From NCBI RefSeq assembly GCF_988242995.1, contig NZ_OZ547043.1: a stretch of DNA of 64,000 nt; one strand, given 5' to 3'. The translations under genes were made by a program, and so were the position numbers. Within the stretch, counting starts at the first letter, position 1. Each line of letters opens with the position of its first letter. Positions 22,364-33,330 of the stretch are shown in pieces. Under the pieces are notes generated by a model. That model was not told the origin of the DNA. It did not search any database and saw only the letters and a list, made by a program, of their open reading frames with translations.

Positions 22364-22654
22364 ATGGAATATAAAGATCCAATGCATGAGCTGTTGAGCA
22401 GCCTGGAACAGATTGTTTTTAAAGATGAAACGCAGAAAATTACCCTGACGCACAGAACAACATCCTGTACCGAAATTGAGCAGTTACGAAAAGGGACAGG
22501 ATTAAAAATCGATGATTTCGCCCGGGTTTTGGGCGTATCAGTCGCCATGGTAAAGGAATGGGAATCCAGACGCGTGAAGCCTTCAAGTGCCGAACTAAAA
22601 TTGATGCGTTTGATTCAAGCCAACCCGGCATTAAGTAAGCAGTTGATGGAATAG
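22364..22654 (+). CDS. yiaG: XRE-family HTH transcriptional regulator YiaG
   Basis: 96-aa ORF with HTH (LRKGTGLKIDDFARVLGVSVAMVKEWE); good SD (gaggag) upstream. Confidence 0.88.
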   Translation: MEYKDPMHELLSSLEQIVFKDETQKITLTHRTTSCTEIEQLRKGTGLKIDDFARVLGVSVAMVKEWESRRVKPSSAELKLMRLIQANPALSKQLME

Positions 22655-22699
22655 ACTTTTATCCACTTTATTGCTGTTTACGGTCCTGATGACAGGACC

Positions 22700-22934
22700 G
22701 TTTTCCAACCGATTAATCATAAATATGAAAAATAATTGTTGCATCACCCGCCAATGCGTGGCTTAATGCACATCAACGGTTTGACGTACAGACCATTAAA
22801 GCAGTGTAGTAAGGCAAGTCCCTTCAAGAGTTATCGTTGATACCCCTCGTAGTGCACATTCCTTTAACGCTTCAAAATCTGTAAAGCACGCCATATCGCC
22901 GAAAGGCACACTTAATTATTAAAGGTAATACACT
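22700..22934 (+). promoter_or_regulatory. cspA promoter region and long 5' untranslated leader (cold-box region); bounds approximate
   Basis: AT-rich region upstream of cspA; function from established cspA biology, elements not individually mapped. Confidence 0.45.
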
Positions 22935-23147
22935 ATGTCCGGTAAAATGACTGGTATCGTAAAATGGTTCAACGCTGACAAAGGCTTCGGCTTCATCACT
23001 CCTGACGATGGCTCTAAAGACGTGTTCGTACACTTCTCTGCTATCCAGAACGATGGTTACAAATCTCTGGACGAAGGTCAGAAAGTGTCCTTCACCATCG
23101 AAAGCGGCGCTAAAGGCCCGGCAGCTGGTAACGTAACCAGCCTGTAA
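22935..23147 (+). CDS. cspA: Major cold-shock protein CspA (70 aa)
   Basis: Recognised sequence [70 protein letters not shown] with RNP motifs. Confidence 0.97.
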
Positions 23148-23171
23148 TCTCTGCTTAAAAGCACAGAATCT

Positions 23172-23202
23172 AAGATCCCTGCCATTTGGCGGGGATTTTT
23201 TT
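23172..23202 (+). terminator. Rho-independent terminator of cspA
   Basis: Hairpin ATCCCTGCCATTTGGCGGGGAT followed by TTTTTTT. Confidence 0.75.
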
Positions 23203-23334
23203 ATTTGTTTTTCAGGAAATAAATAATCGATCGCGTAATAAAATCTATTATTATTTTTGTGAAAAATAAATTTGGGTGCAATGAGAATGCGCAACGCCGT
23301 AAGAAAGGCGGGAATAACTTCCCGCCGAAGACTC

Positions 23335-23487
23335 TTACTCTTTCAAATTGCAGGCTAAAAATGCCGCCAGCTCATAACTCCCCTGTTTAATATGCAATTC
23401 ACACAGTGAATCTCTTATCATCCAGGTGAAAAATAAAAGCGTGAAACAAATCACTATTAAAGAAAGTAATCTATATTTCTGCGGCAT
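23335..23487 (-). CDS. hokA: Hok-family type I toxin HokA (50 aa); the in-frame upstream extension in the ORF track may correspond to the mok leader frame
   Basis: 50-aa peptide MPQKYRLLSLIVICFTLLFFTWMIRDSLCELHIKQGSYELAAFLACNLKE; ATG at plus-strand cat 23485-23487; antisense sok RNA expected nearby but not mapped. Confidence 0.85.
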   Translation of the reverse strand: MPQKYRLLSLIVICFTLLFFTWMIRDSLCELHIKQGSYELAAFLACNLKE

Positions 23488-23764
23488 TCCCAGCCCCCTA
23501 TGTTGATTTCCAACGAGTAAGAGGCTAACCTTATGGTGTTCAGGCATAGGGTAGCCTCACTTTGATTTATAGTCAGGTGGGGCTTTTCTCTGTCTGCCTT
23601 TCGGTGAATACCTGAGACAAACAGTCTCAAGCACCCGCAGCTATTCTAGCTTAATAAGTTCGTTTCTTCTCCTTGATATAATCCTAAAAAAATCTCATAA
23701 AATTAATATATGAGACAATCTTTATTCAGCAGAAGATTATTAAAGGTTGCTCTATTATTTAGCG

Positions 23765-23796
23765 ATAAAAAAGCCTGCCAGATGGCAGGCTTTTTA
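23765..23796 (-). terminator. Rho-independent terminator downstream of glyS
   Basis: Hairpin AGCCTGCCAGATGGCAGGCT flanked by A-run and T-run (bidirectional character). Confidence 0.7.
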
Positions 23797-23808
23797 ATAA
23801 CGGCGTTA

Positions 23809-25878
23809 TTACTGTAACAGCGAAATATCCGCAACGCGCAGGAACAGTTCGCGCAGTTTCTCCAGCATGGTCAAACGGTTGATACGCAATTCTTTGTCAT
23901 CAACCATGACCATCACTTTATCGAAGAAGGCATCAACCGGTTCACGCAGCTCAGCCAGTTCGACCAGCGCATCCTGGTAACGACCTTCAGCAAAGTACGG
24001 CTCCAGTTTATCGCGCAGCACAACCACCTGCATCGCCAGTTTAATTTCTTCCGGCTCTTTCAGAGTAGAAGCATTCACGCGATCGCTCAGCACTTCGTCA
24101 GACTTCGCCAGAATGTTAGATACACGTTTGTTCGCCGCCGCCAGTGCAGCAGCTGCATCCAGGGTACGGAAGTGCGATACCGCCTTCATACGGGCATCGA
24201 AATCTGCCGGACGAGTCGGACGACGCGCCAGTACCGCCTGGATGGTATCAACGGTATAACCTTCGTCCTGATACCAGGCGCGGAAGCGACCGAGCATAAA
24301 GTCGATAACATCATCAACCACGTTGGCATTAGTCAGCTTATCGCCATACAGACGCACTGCTTCTTCGGTCAGCGTTTGCAGATCAAGGTTGAGGTTCTTC
24401 TCAACGATAATGCGCAGCACACCAAGTGCGGCACGACGCAGCGCAAACGGGTCTTTATCGCCTTTCGGATGCTGACCGATACCGAAGATACCTGCCAGGG
24501 TGTCCATCTTGTCAGCAATCGCCAGCGCACAAGCCACTGGGTTAGACGGCAGGTCATCACCGGCAAAACGCGGCTGATACTGCTCGTTCAGCGCCACTGC
24601 CACATCTTCCGCTTCGCCATCGTGACGCGCGTAGTGCATCCCCATAACGCCCTGGGTGTCGGTGAACTCGAAGACCATGTTGGTCATCAGGTCGCACTTG
24701 GACAGCAGGCCCGCACGGGTTGCGTGGTTAACGTCAGCGCCAATCTGTTCAGCAATCCAGCCAGCCAGCGCCTGGATGCGGTCAGTTTTGTCGCGCAGTG
24801 TACCCAGCTGTTGCTGAAACAACACGGTTTGCAGGCGCGGCAGGTTATCTTCCAGACGTTTTTTACGGTCAGTGTTGAAGAAGAACTCGGCATCCGCCAA
24901 ACGTGGACGAACGACTTTCTCGTTACCAGAGATAATTTGCTGCGGATCTTTCGATTCGATGTTGGCAACGAAGATAAAGTTCGGCAGCAGTTTGCCGTCG
25001 TTCGCGTACACCGGGAAGTACTTCTGGTCACCTTTCATGGTGTAAACCAGCGCTTCAGACGGCACAGCGAGGAATTTCTCTTCAAATTTCGCGGTCAGCA
25101 CAACCGGCCACTCCACCAGCGAAGCCACTTCTTCCAACAGGCTTTCGCTTAAGTCAGCGTTACCGCCAATCTTACGCGCCGCTTCTTCGGCATCGGCTTT
25201 AATCTTCGCCTTACGTTCTTCGTAATCGGCGATGACTTTCCCGCGCTCACGCAGAATTTCCGGATACTGATCGGCATTGTCGATAGTGAATTCCGGCTCG
25301 CCCATAAAGCGGTGGCCGCGAATCACGCGATCGGACTGAATGCCCAGAATGGTAGCCGGAATAACTTTGTCGCCCAGCAGCAGGGTCACGGTGTGCACCG
25401 GACGCACGAAGTGCACGTCGCTTGCACCCCAACGCATCAGTTTCGGGATCGGCAGTTTCGCCAGCGAAGTCGCAACCATATTCGGCAACAGTGCTTCAGT
25501 GCTTTCGCCCTTCACGTGGGCGCGATACAGCAGCCATTCACCTTTATCGGTAGTCAGACGCTCAGCCTGGTCTACGGTAATACCGCAACCACGCGCCCAG
25601 CCTTCTGCCGCTTTGCTCGGTTTGCCTTCAGCGTCGAACGCCTGAGCAATCGCCGGGCCGCGTTTTTCGATTTCACGATCCGGTTGCGCTTCCGCCAGGT
25701 TAGCTACTTTCAGCGCCAGACGACGCGGAGCAGCAAACCATTGAACGGTGCCGTGTGCGAGACCAGCGTTATCCAGCTCCGCAGTAAAATTCGCAGCAAA
25801 GGACTCAGCCAGGCTGCGCAGTGCTTTTGGTGGCAGCTCTTCAGTGCCAATTTCCACCAGGAAAGTTTTCTCAGACAT
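23809..25878 (-). CDS. glyS: Glycine--tRNA ligase beta subunit GlyS (689 aa)
   Basis: 689-aa ORF recognised as GlyS; immediately downstream of glyQ. Confidence 0.95.
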   Translation of the reverse strand: MSEKTFLVEIGTEELPPKALRSLAESFAANFTAELDNAGLAHGTVQWFAAPRRLALKVANLAEAQPDREIEKRGPAIAQAFDAEGKPSKAAEGWARGCGITVDQAERLTTDKGEWLLYRAHVKGESTEALLPNMVATSLAKLPIPKLMRWGASDVHFVRPVHTVTLLLGDKVIPATILGIQSDRVIRGHRFMGEPEFTIDNADQYPEILRERGKVIADYEERKAKIKADAEEAARKIGGNADLSESLLEEVASLVEWPVVLTAKFEEKFLAVPSEALVYTMKGDQKYFPVYANDGKLLPNFIFVANIESKDPQQIISGNEKVVRPRLADAEFFFNTDRKKRLEDNLPRLQTVLFQQQLGTLRDKTDRIQALAGWIAEQIGADVNHATRAGLLSKCDLMTNMVFEFTDTQGVMGMHYARHDGEAEDVAVALNEQYQPRFAGDDLPSNPVACALAIADKMDTLAGIFGIGQHPKGDKDPFALRRAALGVLRIIVEKNLNLDLQTLTEEAVRLYGDKLTNANVVDDVIDFMLGRFRAWYQDEGYTVDTIQAVLARRPTRPADFDARMKAVSHFRTLDAAAALAAANKRVSNILAKSDEVLSDRVNASTLKEPEEIKLAMQVVVLRDKLEPYFAEGRYQDALVELAELREPVDAFFDKVMVMVDDKELRINRLTMLEKLRELFLRVADISLLQ

Positions 25879-25887
25879 AGCCGCCTC

Positions 25888-26799
25888 TTACTTATCTTTG
25901 TTGCACATCGGGAAGCCGAGGGCTTCACGGGAAGCGTAGTATGCTTCAGCCACTGCTTTGGTCAGGGTGCGAATGCGCAGAATGTAGCGCTGACGCTCGG
26001 TGACGGAGATGGCTTTACGCGCATCCAGCAGGTTGAAGCTGTGGGCGGCTTTTAGAATACGCTCGTAGGCTGGCAGCGGCAGTGGATTTTCCAGCGCCAG
26101 CAGCTGCTGCGCTTCTTTCTCGTACTGCTCAAAGCAGGTGAACAGGAAGTCCACATCCGCGTATTCGAAGTTGTAAGTGGACTGCTCCACTTCGTTCTGA
26201 TGGAACACGTCGCCGTAGGTGGTTTTACCCAGCGGGCCGTCGCTCCAGACCAGGTCGTAAACGCTGTCTACGCCCTGAATGTACATTGCCAGACGTTCCA
26301 GACCGTAGGTGATCTCGCCGGTAACCGGTTTACACTCCAGACCACCAACCTGCTGGAAGTAAGTGAACTGCGTCACTTCCATGCCGTTCAGCCACACTTC
26401 CCAGCCCAGCCCCCAGGCACCCAGCGTCGGGTTTTCCCAGTTATCTTCCACGAAACGGATGTCGTGGATGGTCGGGTCCATGCCCAGCTCTTTCAGAGAA
26501 CCAAGGTACAGCTCCTGAATATTGTCCGGCGATGGCTTAATGACCACCTGGAACTGATAGTAGTGCTGTAAACGGTTGGGGTTTTCGCCGTAGCGACCAT
26601 CGGTCGGGCGACGAGAAGGCTGAACATAAGCAGCCGCCATCGGTTCTGGCCCCAGCGCGCGCAGACAGGTCATTGGGTGAGAGGTTCCCGCGCCGACTTC
26701 CATGTCCAATGGTTGAACAATGGTGCAGCCCTGGCGAGCCCAGTAATCCTGTAAGGTCAGGATCAAGCCCTGGAAGGTCCTGGTATCAAACTTTTGCAT
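25888..26799 (-). CDS. glyQ: Glycine--tRNA ligase alpha subunit GlyQ (303 aa)
   Basis: 303-aa ORF recognised as GlyQ ([25 protein letters not shown]...). Confidence 0.95.
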
Positions 26800-26893
26800 A
26801 TTATTTCGTGCTGGATACGTGTGGATTTAAAGGAAGGGATCAGTATACCCGCTGGATGGAAGATATACAGTACGAAACGGGAAAAAGCAGGGC

Positions 26894-27202
26894 TTAACGC
26901 ATGGAAAGATGCAAAAAATGGCCATCTGCGTCAAAAGAACAGACAAACTGCTCTTTACGGAAGGTATAACCGCGCATTTCGTAGCTCCCCTGGAACTGTT
27001 CAAATGCGGTGACGTCGATTTTTTGCGCACCTGTATTATAGCGTTTTGCCGCCTGATCTTTGCATAGCCCTTCCATATTCAACGAACGCAGAGGATCAAC
27101 CTTTACCCGTTGTGCTTTCTGCACGGGTGGCGGTGTAGAACAACCCACTAGCGCCATAAGCACCATAAGCGCCATTGCCGGAAAGAAAGAGTTCATCATC
27201 AT
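26894..27202 (-). CDS. ysaB: Small lipoprotein YsaB (start codon among first three Met uncertain)
   Basis: About 100-aa ORF with signal peptide and lipobox LVGC. Confidence 0.7.
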   Translation of the reverse strand: MMMNSFFPAMALMVLMALVGCSTPPPVQKAQRVKVDPLRSLNMEGLCKDQAAKRYNTGAQKIDVTAFEQFQGSYEMRGYTFRKEQFVCSFDADGHFLHLSMR

Positions 27203-27376
27203 TAAATTACCGTCTGGTTTGCAGGTGAGTCTTATTATTTATATCGGTATAGTGGCTGATATCTTACGAATTTCCTTAAGCCTCTATAAGCTGTAGTGAT
27301 AAAACTCAGATTATTCCAGTGCGCCAACCGAATGATTTATCGGTCAGACTTTTTTTAACCAGATACAGAGACACAG

Positions 27377-28372
27377 ATGCAGCCCAAAATTTACTGGATT
27401 GATAACCTGCGAGGGATAGCGTGTTTAATGGTGGTGATGATTCACACCACTACCTGGTATGTGACCAATGCTCATAGTGTTAGCCCCGTCACATGGGATA
27501 TCGCCAATGTTCTGAATTCTGCCTCTCGTGTCAGCGTGCCGCTATTTTTCATGATTTCCGGCTATCTCTTTTTTGGCGAACGCAGCGCCCAGCCGCGCCA
27601 TTTCTTGCGTATCGGCTTATGTCTGCTTTTTTATAGCGCAATCGCACTGCTCTACATTGCGCTGTTTACCTCCATCAATATGGAGTTAGCGCTGAAAAAC
27701 CTGCTGCAAAAGCCAGTGTTTTACCACTTGTGGTTTTTCTTCGCGATTGCGGTGATTTATCTGGTTTCACCGCTGATTCAGGTGAAGAACGTCGGCGGAA
27801 AAATGTTGCTGGTGCTAATGGTGGTGATTGGCATTATCGCTAACCCAAACACAGTGCCGCAGAAAATTGACGGTTTTGAATGGCTGCCAATTAACTTATA
27901 TATCAATGGCGATACTTTTTACTACATCCTGTATGGCATGTTGGGCCGCGCTATAGGGATGATGGACACACAGCATAAAGCACTGTCGTGGGTGTGCGCC
28001 GCACTGTTTGCGACGGGGGTTTATATTATCTCTCGCGGGACATTATATGAATTGCAGTGGCGCGGAAATTTTGCCGATACCTGGTATCTTTACTGTGGGC
28101 CGATGGTTTTTATCTGCGCAATCACGCTATTGACTCTGGTTAAAAACACGCTGGATACGCGTACCGTTCGCGGACTTGGCTTAATCTCCCGCCATTCGTT
28201 GGGTATATACGGATTCCACGCCTTGATTATCCATGCACTGCGCACCCGGGGGATTGAGCTTAAAAACTGGCCAATACTCGATATTATTTGGATCTTTTGC
28301 GCGACGTTGGCAGCGAGTTTGTTACTTTCTATGCTGGTACAACGAATCGACAGAAACAGACTAGTGAGTTAA
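27377..28372 (+). CDS. wecH: O-acetyltransferase WecH (acyltransferase-3 family membrane protein)
   Basis: 331-aa polytopic ORF recognised as WecH/YiaH. Confidence 0.88.
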   Translation: MQPKIYWIDNLRGIACLMVVMIHTTTWYVTNAHSVSPVTWDIANVLNSASRVSVPLFFMISGYLFFGERSAQPRHFLRIGLCLLFYSAIALLYIALFTSINMELALKNLLQKPVFYHLWFFFAIAVIYLVSPLIQVKNVGGKMLLVLMVVIGIIANPNTVPQKIDGFEWLPINLYINGDTFYYILYGMLGRAIGMMDTQHKALSWVCAALFATGVYIISRGTLYELQWRGNFADTWYLYCGPMVFICAITLLTLVKNTLDTRTVRGLGLISRHSLGIYGFHALIIHALRTRGIELKNWPILDIIWIFCATLAASLLLSMLVQRIDRNRLVS

Positions 28373-28380
28373 ATAAATAT

Positions 28381-28406
28381 CCTCCGGCATAGCCGGAGGT
28401 TTTTCA
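28381..28406 (+). terminator. Rho-independent terminator of wecH
   Basis: Hairpin CCTCCGGCATAGCCGGAGG followed by TTTTTC. Confidence 0.7.
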
Positions 28407-28409
28407 AAT

Positions 28410-29085
28410 GCGCCTATAAGGCTCTCTTACCAGCCGCGCCCTAACAGGCGCACACGATCTGACATTTGCATCCAACTTCGTTACTTACGGCCCGTAAACG
28501 GGCTGCCCGGATAGGGAATCGATAACTGCTCTCCCATTTTATCCTCTTCAAGCTGGTGCTTTATGTAATCCTGTATCTTCGCCGTGTTCTTACCCACTGT
28601 ATCGACGTAGTACCCTCTGCACCAGAACTCCCTGTTCCTGTATTTGAATTTCAAATCACCAAACTGCTCGTAAAGCATCAGACTGCTTTTCCCTTTCAGA
28701 TATCCCATAAAGCCGGATACGCTCATTTTGGGCGGGATCTCCACAAGCATATGGATATAATCTGCACAGCATTCAGCTTCCAGAATCCGTACGCTTTTCC
28801 ACTCACACAGCTTTCTCAAAATACTGCCTATTGCTCTACGCTTCTCTCTGTAGAACACCTGTCTTCGGTATTTTGGCGCAAAAACTATGTGATATTTACA
28901 GTTCCATCGGGTGTGCGCTAAGCTCTTTTCGTTCCCCATTGGGACCCCCTTTTGATTTCTTGTTTGACACTTGCAGTTGCCAGACCGCAAAGTGTTTTAA
29001 CAAATCAAAAGGGGTTTTAATAACTGGCTCAAAGCTGAAAGCTTTCCGGAACCCCCAGCCTAGCTGGGGGTTTTCTGTGCACAAT
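28410..29085 (-). mobile_element. IS200-like insertion sequence (IS200/IS605 family); boundaries approximate
   Basis: Single Y1-transposase gene flanked by about 70 bp (3' side) and about 150 bp (5' side) containing a strong hairpin (ACCCCCAGCCTAGCTGGGGGTT, 29053-29076), typical of the IS200 left end; inserted between the wecH and yiaA terminators. Confidence 0.7.
28481..28939 (-). CDS. tnpA: IS200/IS605-family Y1 transposase TnpA (152 aa)
   Basis: Start trimmed to ATG (plus-strand cat 28937-28939); MGNEKSLAHTRWNCKYHIVFAPKYRRQ... with HuH motif (YIHMLV) and catalytic Tyr region. Confidence 0.9.
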   Translation of the reverse strand: MGNEKSLAHTRWNCKYHIVFAPKYRRQVFYREKRRAIGSILRKLCEWKSVRILEAECCADYIHMLVEIPPKMSVSGFMGYLKGKSSLMLYEQFGDLKFKYRNREFWCRGYYVDTVGKNTAKIQDYIKHQLEEDKMGEQLSIPYPGSPFTGRK

Positions 29086-29124
29086 AAAGGCCCGGTCACA
29101 TTGGACTGACCGGGCTTATGTGAA

Positions 29125-29562
29125 TTATTCGCTGTATTCTTCCTGGGTAACCTGTGTTTCTTTTAGTGGGTTTATTCCGGCATCACGAATATTCTTCTGC
29201 ACCGCTACTGCACCAAACAAGCTTAAGAAGAAAGCTAGTCCATAAAAACCTTTCTCGCTGAGTAATAATGTCGCATTCCACAGACCTACCATCAGTAATG
29301 CAACAGAGATAATAAAGACAGTCAGGCAGGTCATATAATAAATGGAAGTGGTCGGTATGCCTTCATACTTGTCCCGAACGGTCTTTTGATAAGACGCAGC
29401 AGAAAACAGTCCTAATACCAGTACGGCAAAATAATATCCTTTTTCATTTAACTGCATCTCTGCATTCCATAGCCCTAACAGATAGGTAACGATACCACCA
29501 ACGAGAGCTATCCATGACACAATACTGAATGCCGGAGAATAGGTTGATATTTTGTTGTCCAT
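29125..29562 (-). CDS. yiaA: Inner membrane protein YiaA (145 aa)
   Basis: Hydrophobic ORF with duplicated YiaAB two-helix motif; ATG at plus-strand cat 29560-29562; own terminator hairpin at 29089-29116. Confidence 0.82.
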   Translation of the reverse strand: MDNKISTYSPAFSIVSWIALVGGIVTYLLGLWNAEMQLNEKGYYFAVLVLGLFSAASYQKTVRDKYEGIPTTSIYYMTCLTVFIISVALLMVGLWNATLLLSEKGFYGLAFFLSLFGAVAVQKNIRDAGINPLKETQVTQEEYSE

Positions 29563-29607
29563 CACAGTATTCCTTTCATTCCTGAATGTGTAAGAGCTTT
29601 ATGTTGC

Positions 29608-29949
29608 TCATGCCGGGCGAAACAAACGCATTTGACCAAACAAGCAGACAAAAAAGGCGATAGGGTAGATCACCATTTCATAAGCATTGATAGGTGCGTT
29701 TAAAACACCTATAAACAAGAGACCGATAGTGATTAACGCAACTAACTGGCAGATGTGGGTAAAAAAATCATCCAGTTGCCCGAGTTTTTCTGCGCGAAGA
29801 TATGCATAGTTGCCAAAAGTTGCCGTCATTAACACGCCAAGAAAATAGCCTTTTCCACTTAACAATGGGCATGAGATCCATAGCCCAAGCAGATAAACCA
29901 GCGCCCCGGCAACAAATAATATTTTTGCCACAGTCTTTGAGGTTTTCAT
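29608..29949 (-). CDS. yiaB: Inner membrane protein YiaB (113 aa)
   Basis: Paralog-like to YiaA; start set to internal ATG (plus-strand cat 29947-29949; MKTSKTVAKILF...), giving the 113-aa length I recall for K-12 YiaB; ORF-track start 29991 possible. Confidence 0.72.
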   Translation of the reverse strand: MKTSKTVAKILFVAGALVYLLGLWISCPLLSGKGYFLGVLMTATFGNYAYLRAEKLGQLDDFFTHICQLVALITIGLLFIGVLNAPINAYEMVIYPIAFFVCLFGQMRLFRPA

Positions 29950-30116
29950 AACGATCTCCATATCTACCAGCGATACATTACGAGTAACCAACGAAAGACA
30001 AAACTGAAAAATGCCATTAACAAATGATTTCAGAATAAATTCATACTAAATATTAATTAATTACTGATATATATAGATGTAAATTATCCCCCACCCGGTC
30101 AGGCAGGGGATAACGT

Positions 30117-31571
30117 TTACGCCATTAATGGCAGAAGTTGCTGATAGAGGCGACGGAACGTTTCACGTCGTGGCTGATAAGCGGCATAACGCTGCGCATC
30201 TGGTAGATGCGACTGTTCTAACGGCAGTTGCGGCAACAACTCAATGAGCGATTTCTCTGGATTCGCCGCAATCTGCGCCAGCCTTGCTGCGCCCAGTGCT
30301 GGCCCCACATCCCCCCCCGTACGGTAATCGAGCCGCTGACCGCTGATATCCGCCAGCATCTGACGCCAGTACTCACTACGCGCCCCGCCACCAATCAACG
30401 TAACACTTTGCGGTTTAATGCCGCAGGCATGCACGACATCCATGCCATCTGCCAGCGCATAACCCACGCCTTCCAGCACTGCTCGCGCCAGTTCATTGGG
30501 GCCATGTTGATGAGTCAAACCAAAGAAAACCCCCTTCGCCTGGGGATTATTGTGTGGTGTACGCTCGCCGGAAAGATAAGGCAGAAACCAAACTGGCTCG
30601 GCACTTTCATCAGCCTGTTGAGCAGCCGCGATTAAAGCTGGGACATTGTTCAGGCCCGTTAATTTCGCAGCCCAATCCAGACACGACGCTGCACTCAGCA
30701 TTACAGACATTAAATGCCAACGCTGCGGTAGCGCATGGCAAAAGCTGTGTACGGCGCTTTCTGGCTTGCTTAAGAACCCTTCGCTGACAGCAAAATAGAC
30801 CCCCGACGTCCCCAGCGATAACATTGCCTGATTAGCATCAACCATTCCTACACCAACCGCACCAGCTGCATTATCACCACCGCCTGCGACAACTGGCACC
30901 GCCGCCATACCCCACGCTTTCGCAACTTCAGGTAGCAAAGCACCAGTAATTTCGCTGCCTTCGTATAATGCGGGCATCTGGTCACGAGATAAGTGGCAAG
31001 CCTGCAGCATGACGTCACTCCAGTCACGCTTTGCGACATCCAGCCACATGGTGCCAGCTGCGTCAGACATATCGCTGGCAAACTCCCCCGTCATACGCAG
31101 ACGCAAGTAATCTTTCGGTAACAATACTTTGTCGATTTGACGGAATATCTCCGGCTCATGCCGCTGAACCCATAGCAATTTAGGCGCAGTAAATCCGGGC
31201 ATCATCAGGTTACCGGTAATCACCCGCGATTGCGGAACTCGCGCTTCCAGCAAAGCGCACTCTTGCGCACAGCGCCCGTCGTTCCACAAAATGGCAGGGC
31301 GTAATAACCGTTGCTGGGCATCCAGTAAGGTTGCACCGTGCATCTGGCCGGCAATACCCAATGCTTTAACGTCCTGCAGAGAATGCTGATCGCCCAGGGC
31401 TTTCATTGCGCGATCAGTTGCCTGCCACCACTGTTCCGGGTCTTGTTCCGACCAGAGTGGATGCGGGCGCGAAACGGTCAGCTTTTCCGTTTGCGAAGCA
31501 ACCACCTCGCCCTGCTCGTTGAGCAAAATAACTTTTACGCCCGAGGTGCCAAGATCTATCCCGATATACAT
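30117..31571 (-). CDS. xylB: Xylulokinase XylB (484 aa)
   Basis: FGGY carbohydrate kinase ORF (MYIGIDLGTSGVKVILL...); downstream of xylA. Confidence 0.95.
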   Translation of the reverse strand: MYIGIDLGTSGVKVILLNEQGEVVASQTEKLTVSRPHPLWSEQDPEQWWQATDRAMKALGDQHSLQDVKALGIAGQMHGATLLDAQQRLLRPAILWNDGRCAQECALLEARVPQSRVITGNLMMPGFTAPKLLWVQRHEPEIFRQIDKVLLPKDYLRLRMTGEFASDMSDAAGTMWLDVAKRDWSDVMLQACHLSRDQMPALYEGSEITGALLPEVAKAWGMAAVPVVAGGGDNAAGAVGVGMVDANQAMLSLGTSGVYFAVSEGFLSKPESAVHSFCHALPQRWHLMSVMLSAASCLDWAAKLTGLNNVPALIAAAQQADESAEPVWFLPYLSGERTPHNNPQAKGVFFGLTHQHGPNELARAVLEGVGYALADGMDVVHACGIKPQSVTLIGGGARSEYWRQMLADISGQRLDYRTGGDVGPALGAARLAQIAANPEKSLIELLPQLPLEQSHLPDAQRYAAYQPRRETFRRLYQQLLPLMA

Positions 31572-31642
31572 ATCGATCGTTCCTTAAAAAAATGCCCGGT
31601 ATCGCTACCGATAACCGGGCCAACGGACTGCACAGTTAGCCT

Positions 31643-32965
31643 TTATTTGTCGAACAGATAATGGTTTACCAGATTTTCCAGTTGCTCCTGGCGACCACTC
31701 TGATGCACCGGAGACAAATTGTGTTCCTGAGCATATTTGGCTAAATCTGCCAGTGACATTTGGCCTTTCAGGATTTGCTGGCCTAATTCGCTATTCCAGC
31801 CGGAATAACGCTGCGCGATGCGTTTATCCAGCTCGCCATCTTCAATCATGCGTGCTGCAATTTTCAGCGCCAACGCCATCGTATCCATCGCGCCGATATG
31901 ACCGTAAAACAGATCATATTTATCAGTACTTTGACGACGTACTTTGGCATCGAAGTTCAGACCGCCGGTGGTGAAACCGCCTGCTTTGAGAATTTCATAC
32001 ATCACCAACGCATTCTCTTCCACACTGTTCGGGAACTGGTCGGTGTCCCAGCCCAGTTGTGCATCGCCACGGTTAGCGTCGACAGAACCGAACAGGCCAA
32101 GCGCAATGGCGGTGGCTATTTCATGATGGAAAGAGTGACCTGCCAGCGTCGCGTGGTTAGCTTCAATGTTCAGTTTAATCTCTTTTTCCAGACCAAACTG
32201 TTTCAGGAAGCCATACACCGTCGCAGCATCGTAATCATATTGATGTTTAGTCGGTTCTTGCGGTTTCGGTTCGATAAGCAACGTGCCCTGGAAGCCGATT
32301 TTATGTTTATGCTCAACCACCATCTGCATAAAGCGGCCCAGTTGTTCACGCTCCTGACGCAGGTCGGTATTTAACAGCGTTTCGTAACCTTCACGACCGC
32401 CCCACAGGACATAGTTTTCACCACCCAATTTATGGGTTGCTTCCATCGCTGTAACAACTTGAGTTGCCGCCCAACTAAAGACTTCAGGATCTGGGTTCGT
32501 CGCCGCACCCGCGCCGTAGCGAGGGTTTGTAAAGCAGTTAGCGGTTCCCCACAGCAGCTTCACGCCGCTCTCTTCTTGCTTGCCTGCCAGGACATCAACC
32601 ATTTGCGCAAAATTATTGATGTACTCTTTTAACGACGCGCCCTCAGGGGAAACATCCACGTCGTGGAAGCAATAAAATGGCACATGTAACTTGTGGAAAA
32701 ACTCAAATGCGACATCTGCTTTACGCTTCGCCAACGCCAGTGCCTCACCAGGCTGCTGCCACGGACGATTAAACGCCCCCACACCAAACATGTCCGCCCC
32801 GTTCCAGCAGAAGGTGTGCCAGTAGCAGGCGGCAAATCGCAAGTGCTCTTCCATACGCTTGCCCAACACCAGTTCGTCGGGATTATAGTGATGGAATGCT
32901 AACGGGTTAGAGGATTTTGAGCCTTCATAACGAACGCGATCGAGCTGGTCAAAATAGGCTTGCAT
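31643..32965 (-). CDS. xylA: Xylose isomerase XylA (440 aa)
   Basis: Start trimmed to ATG (plus-strand cat 32963-32965; [16 protein letters not shown]...); recognised sequence. Confidence 0.95.
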   Translation of the reverse strand: MQAYFDQLDRVRYEGSKSSNPLAFHHYNPDELVLGKRMEEHLRFAACYWHTFCWNGADMFGVGAFNRPWQQPGEALALAKRKADVAFEFFHKLHVPFYCFHDVDVSPEGASLKEYINNFAQMVDVLAGKQEESGVKLLWGTANCFTNPRYGAGAATNPDPEVFSWAATQVVTAMEATHKLGGENYVLWGGREGYETLLNTDLRQEREQLGRFMQMVVEHKHKIGFQGTLLIEPKPQEPTKHQYDYDAATVYGFLKQFGLEKEIKLNIEANHATLAGHSFHHEIATAIALGLFGSVDANRGDAQLGWDTDQFPNSVEENALVMYEILKAGGFTTGGLNFDAKVRRQSTDKYDLFYGHIGAMDTMALALKIAARMIEDGELDKRIAQRYSGWNSELGQQILKGQMSLADLAKYAQEHNLSPVHQSGRQEQLENLVNHYLFDK

Positions 32966-33330
32966 ATTGAACTCCATAATCAGGTAATGCCGCGGGTGAT
33001 GGATGATGTCGTAATATTGGGCACTCCCTTTCAGTTGCTCAATTATGTTATTTCACACTGCTATTGAGATAATTCACAAGTGTGCGCTCGCTCGCAAAAT
33101 AAAATGGAATGAGGAAACTGGGTAATTCCTCGAAGAGAAAAATGCAATAAGTACAATTGCGCAACAAAAGTAAGATCTCGGTCATAAATCAAGAAATAAA
33201 CCAAAAATCGTAATCGAAAGATAAAAATCTGTAATTGTTTTCCCCTGTTTAGTTGCTAAAAATTGGTTACGTTTATCGCGGTGATTGTTACTTATTAAAG
33301 CTGTCCTCTACCTACAGAAGGCCCTACACC
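32966..33330. promoter_or_regulatory. xylA / xylF divergent promoter region (expected XylR and CRP binding sites)
   Basis: 365-bp AT-rich intergenic region between divergent xylAB and xylFGH; sites not individually mapped. Confidence 0.5.

Noticed and set aside
22872-23294. 140-aa minus-strand ORF overlapping cspA
   Set aside because: Antisense to cspA and its terminator; no start signal; composition atypical for a real protein.
24172-26055. 326-aa and 247-aa plus-strand ORFs antisense to glyS/glyQ
   Set aside because: Shadow ORFs within essential, well-recognised genes; Arg/His-rich low-complexity translations typical of antisense frames.
28556-28921. 121-aa plus-strand ORF inside the IS200-like element
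   Set aside because: Antisense to tnpA; IS200 elements encode a single protein.
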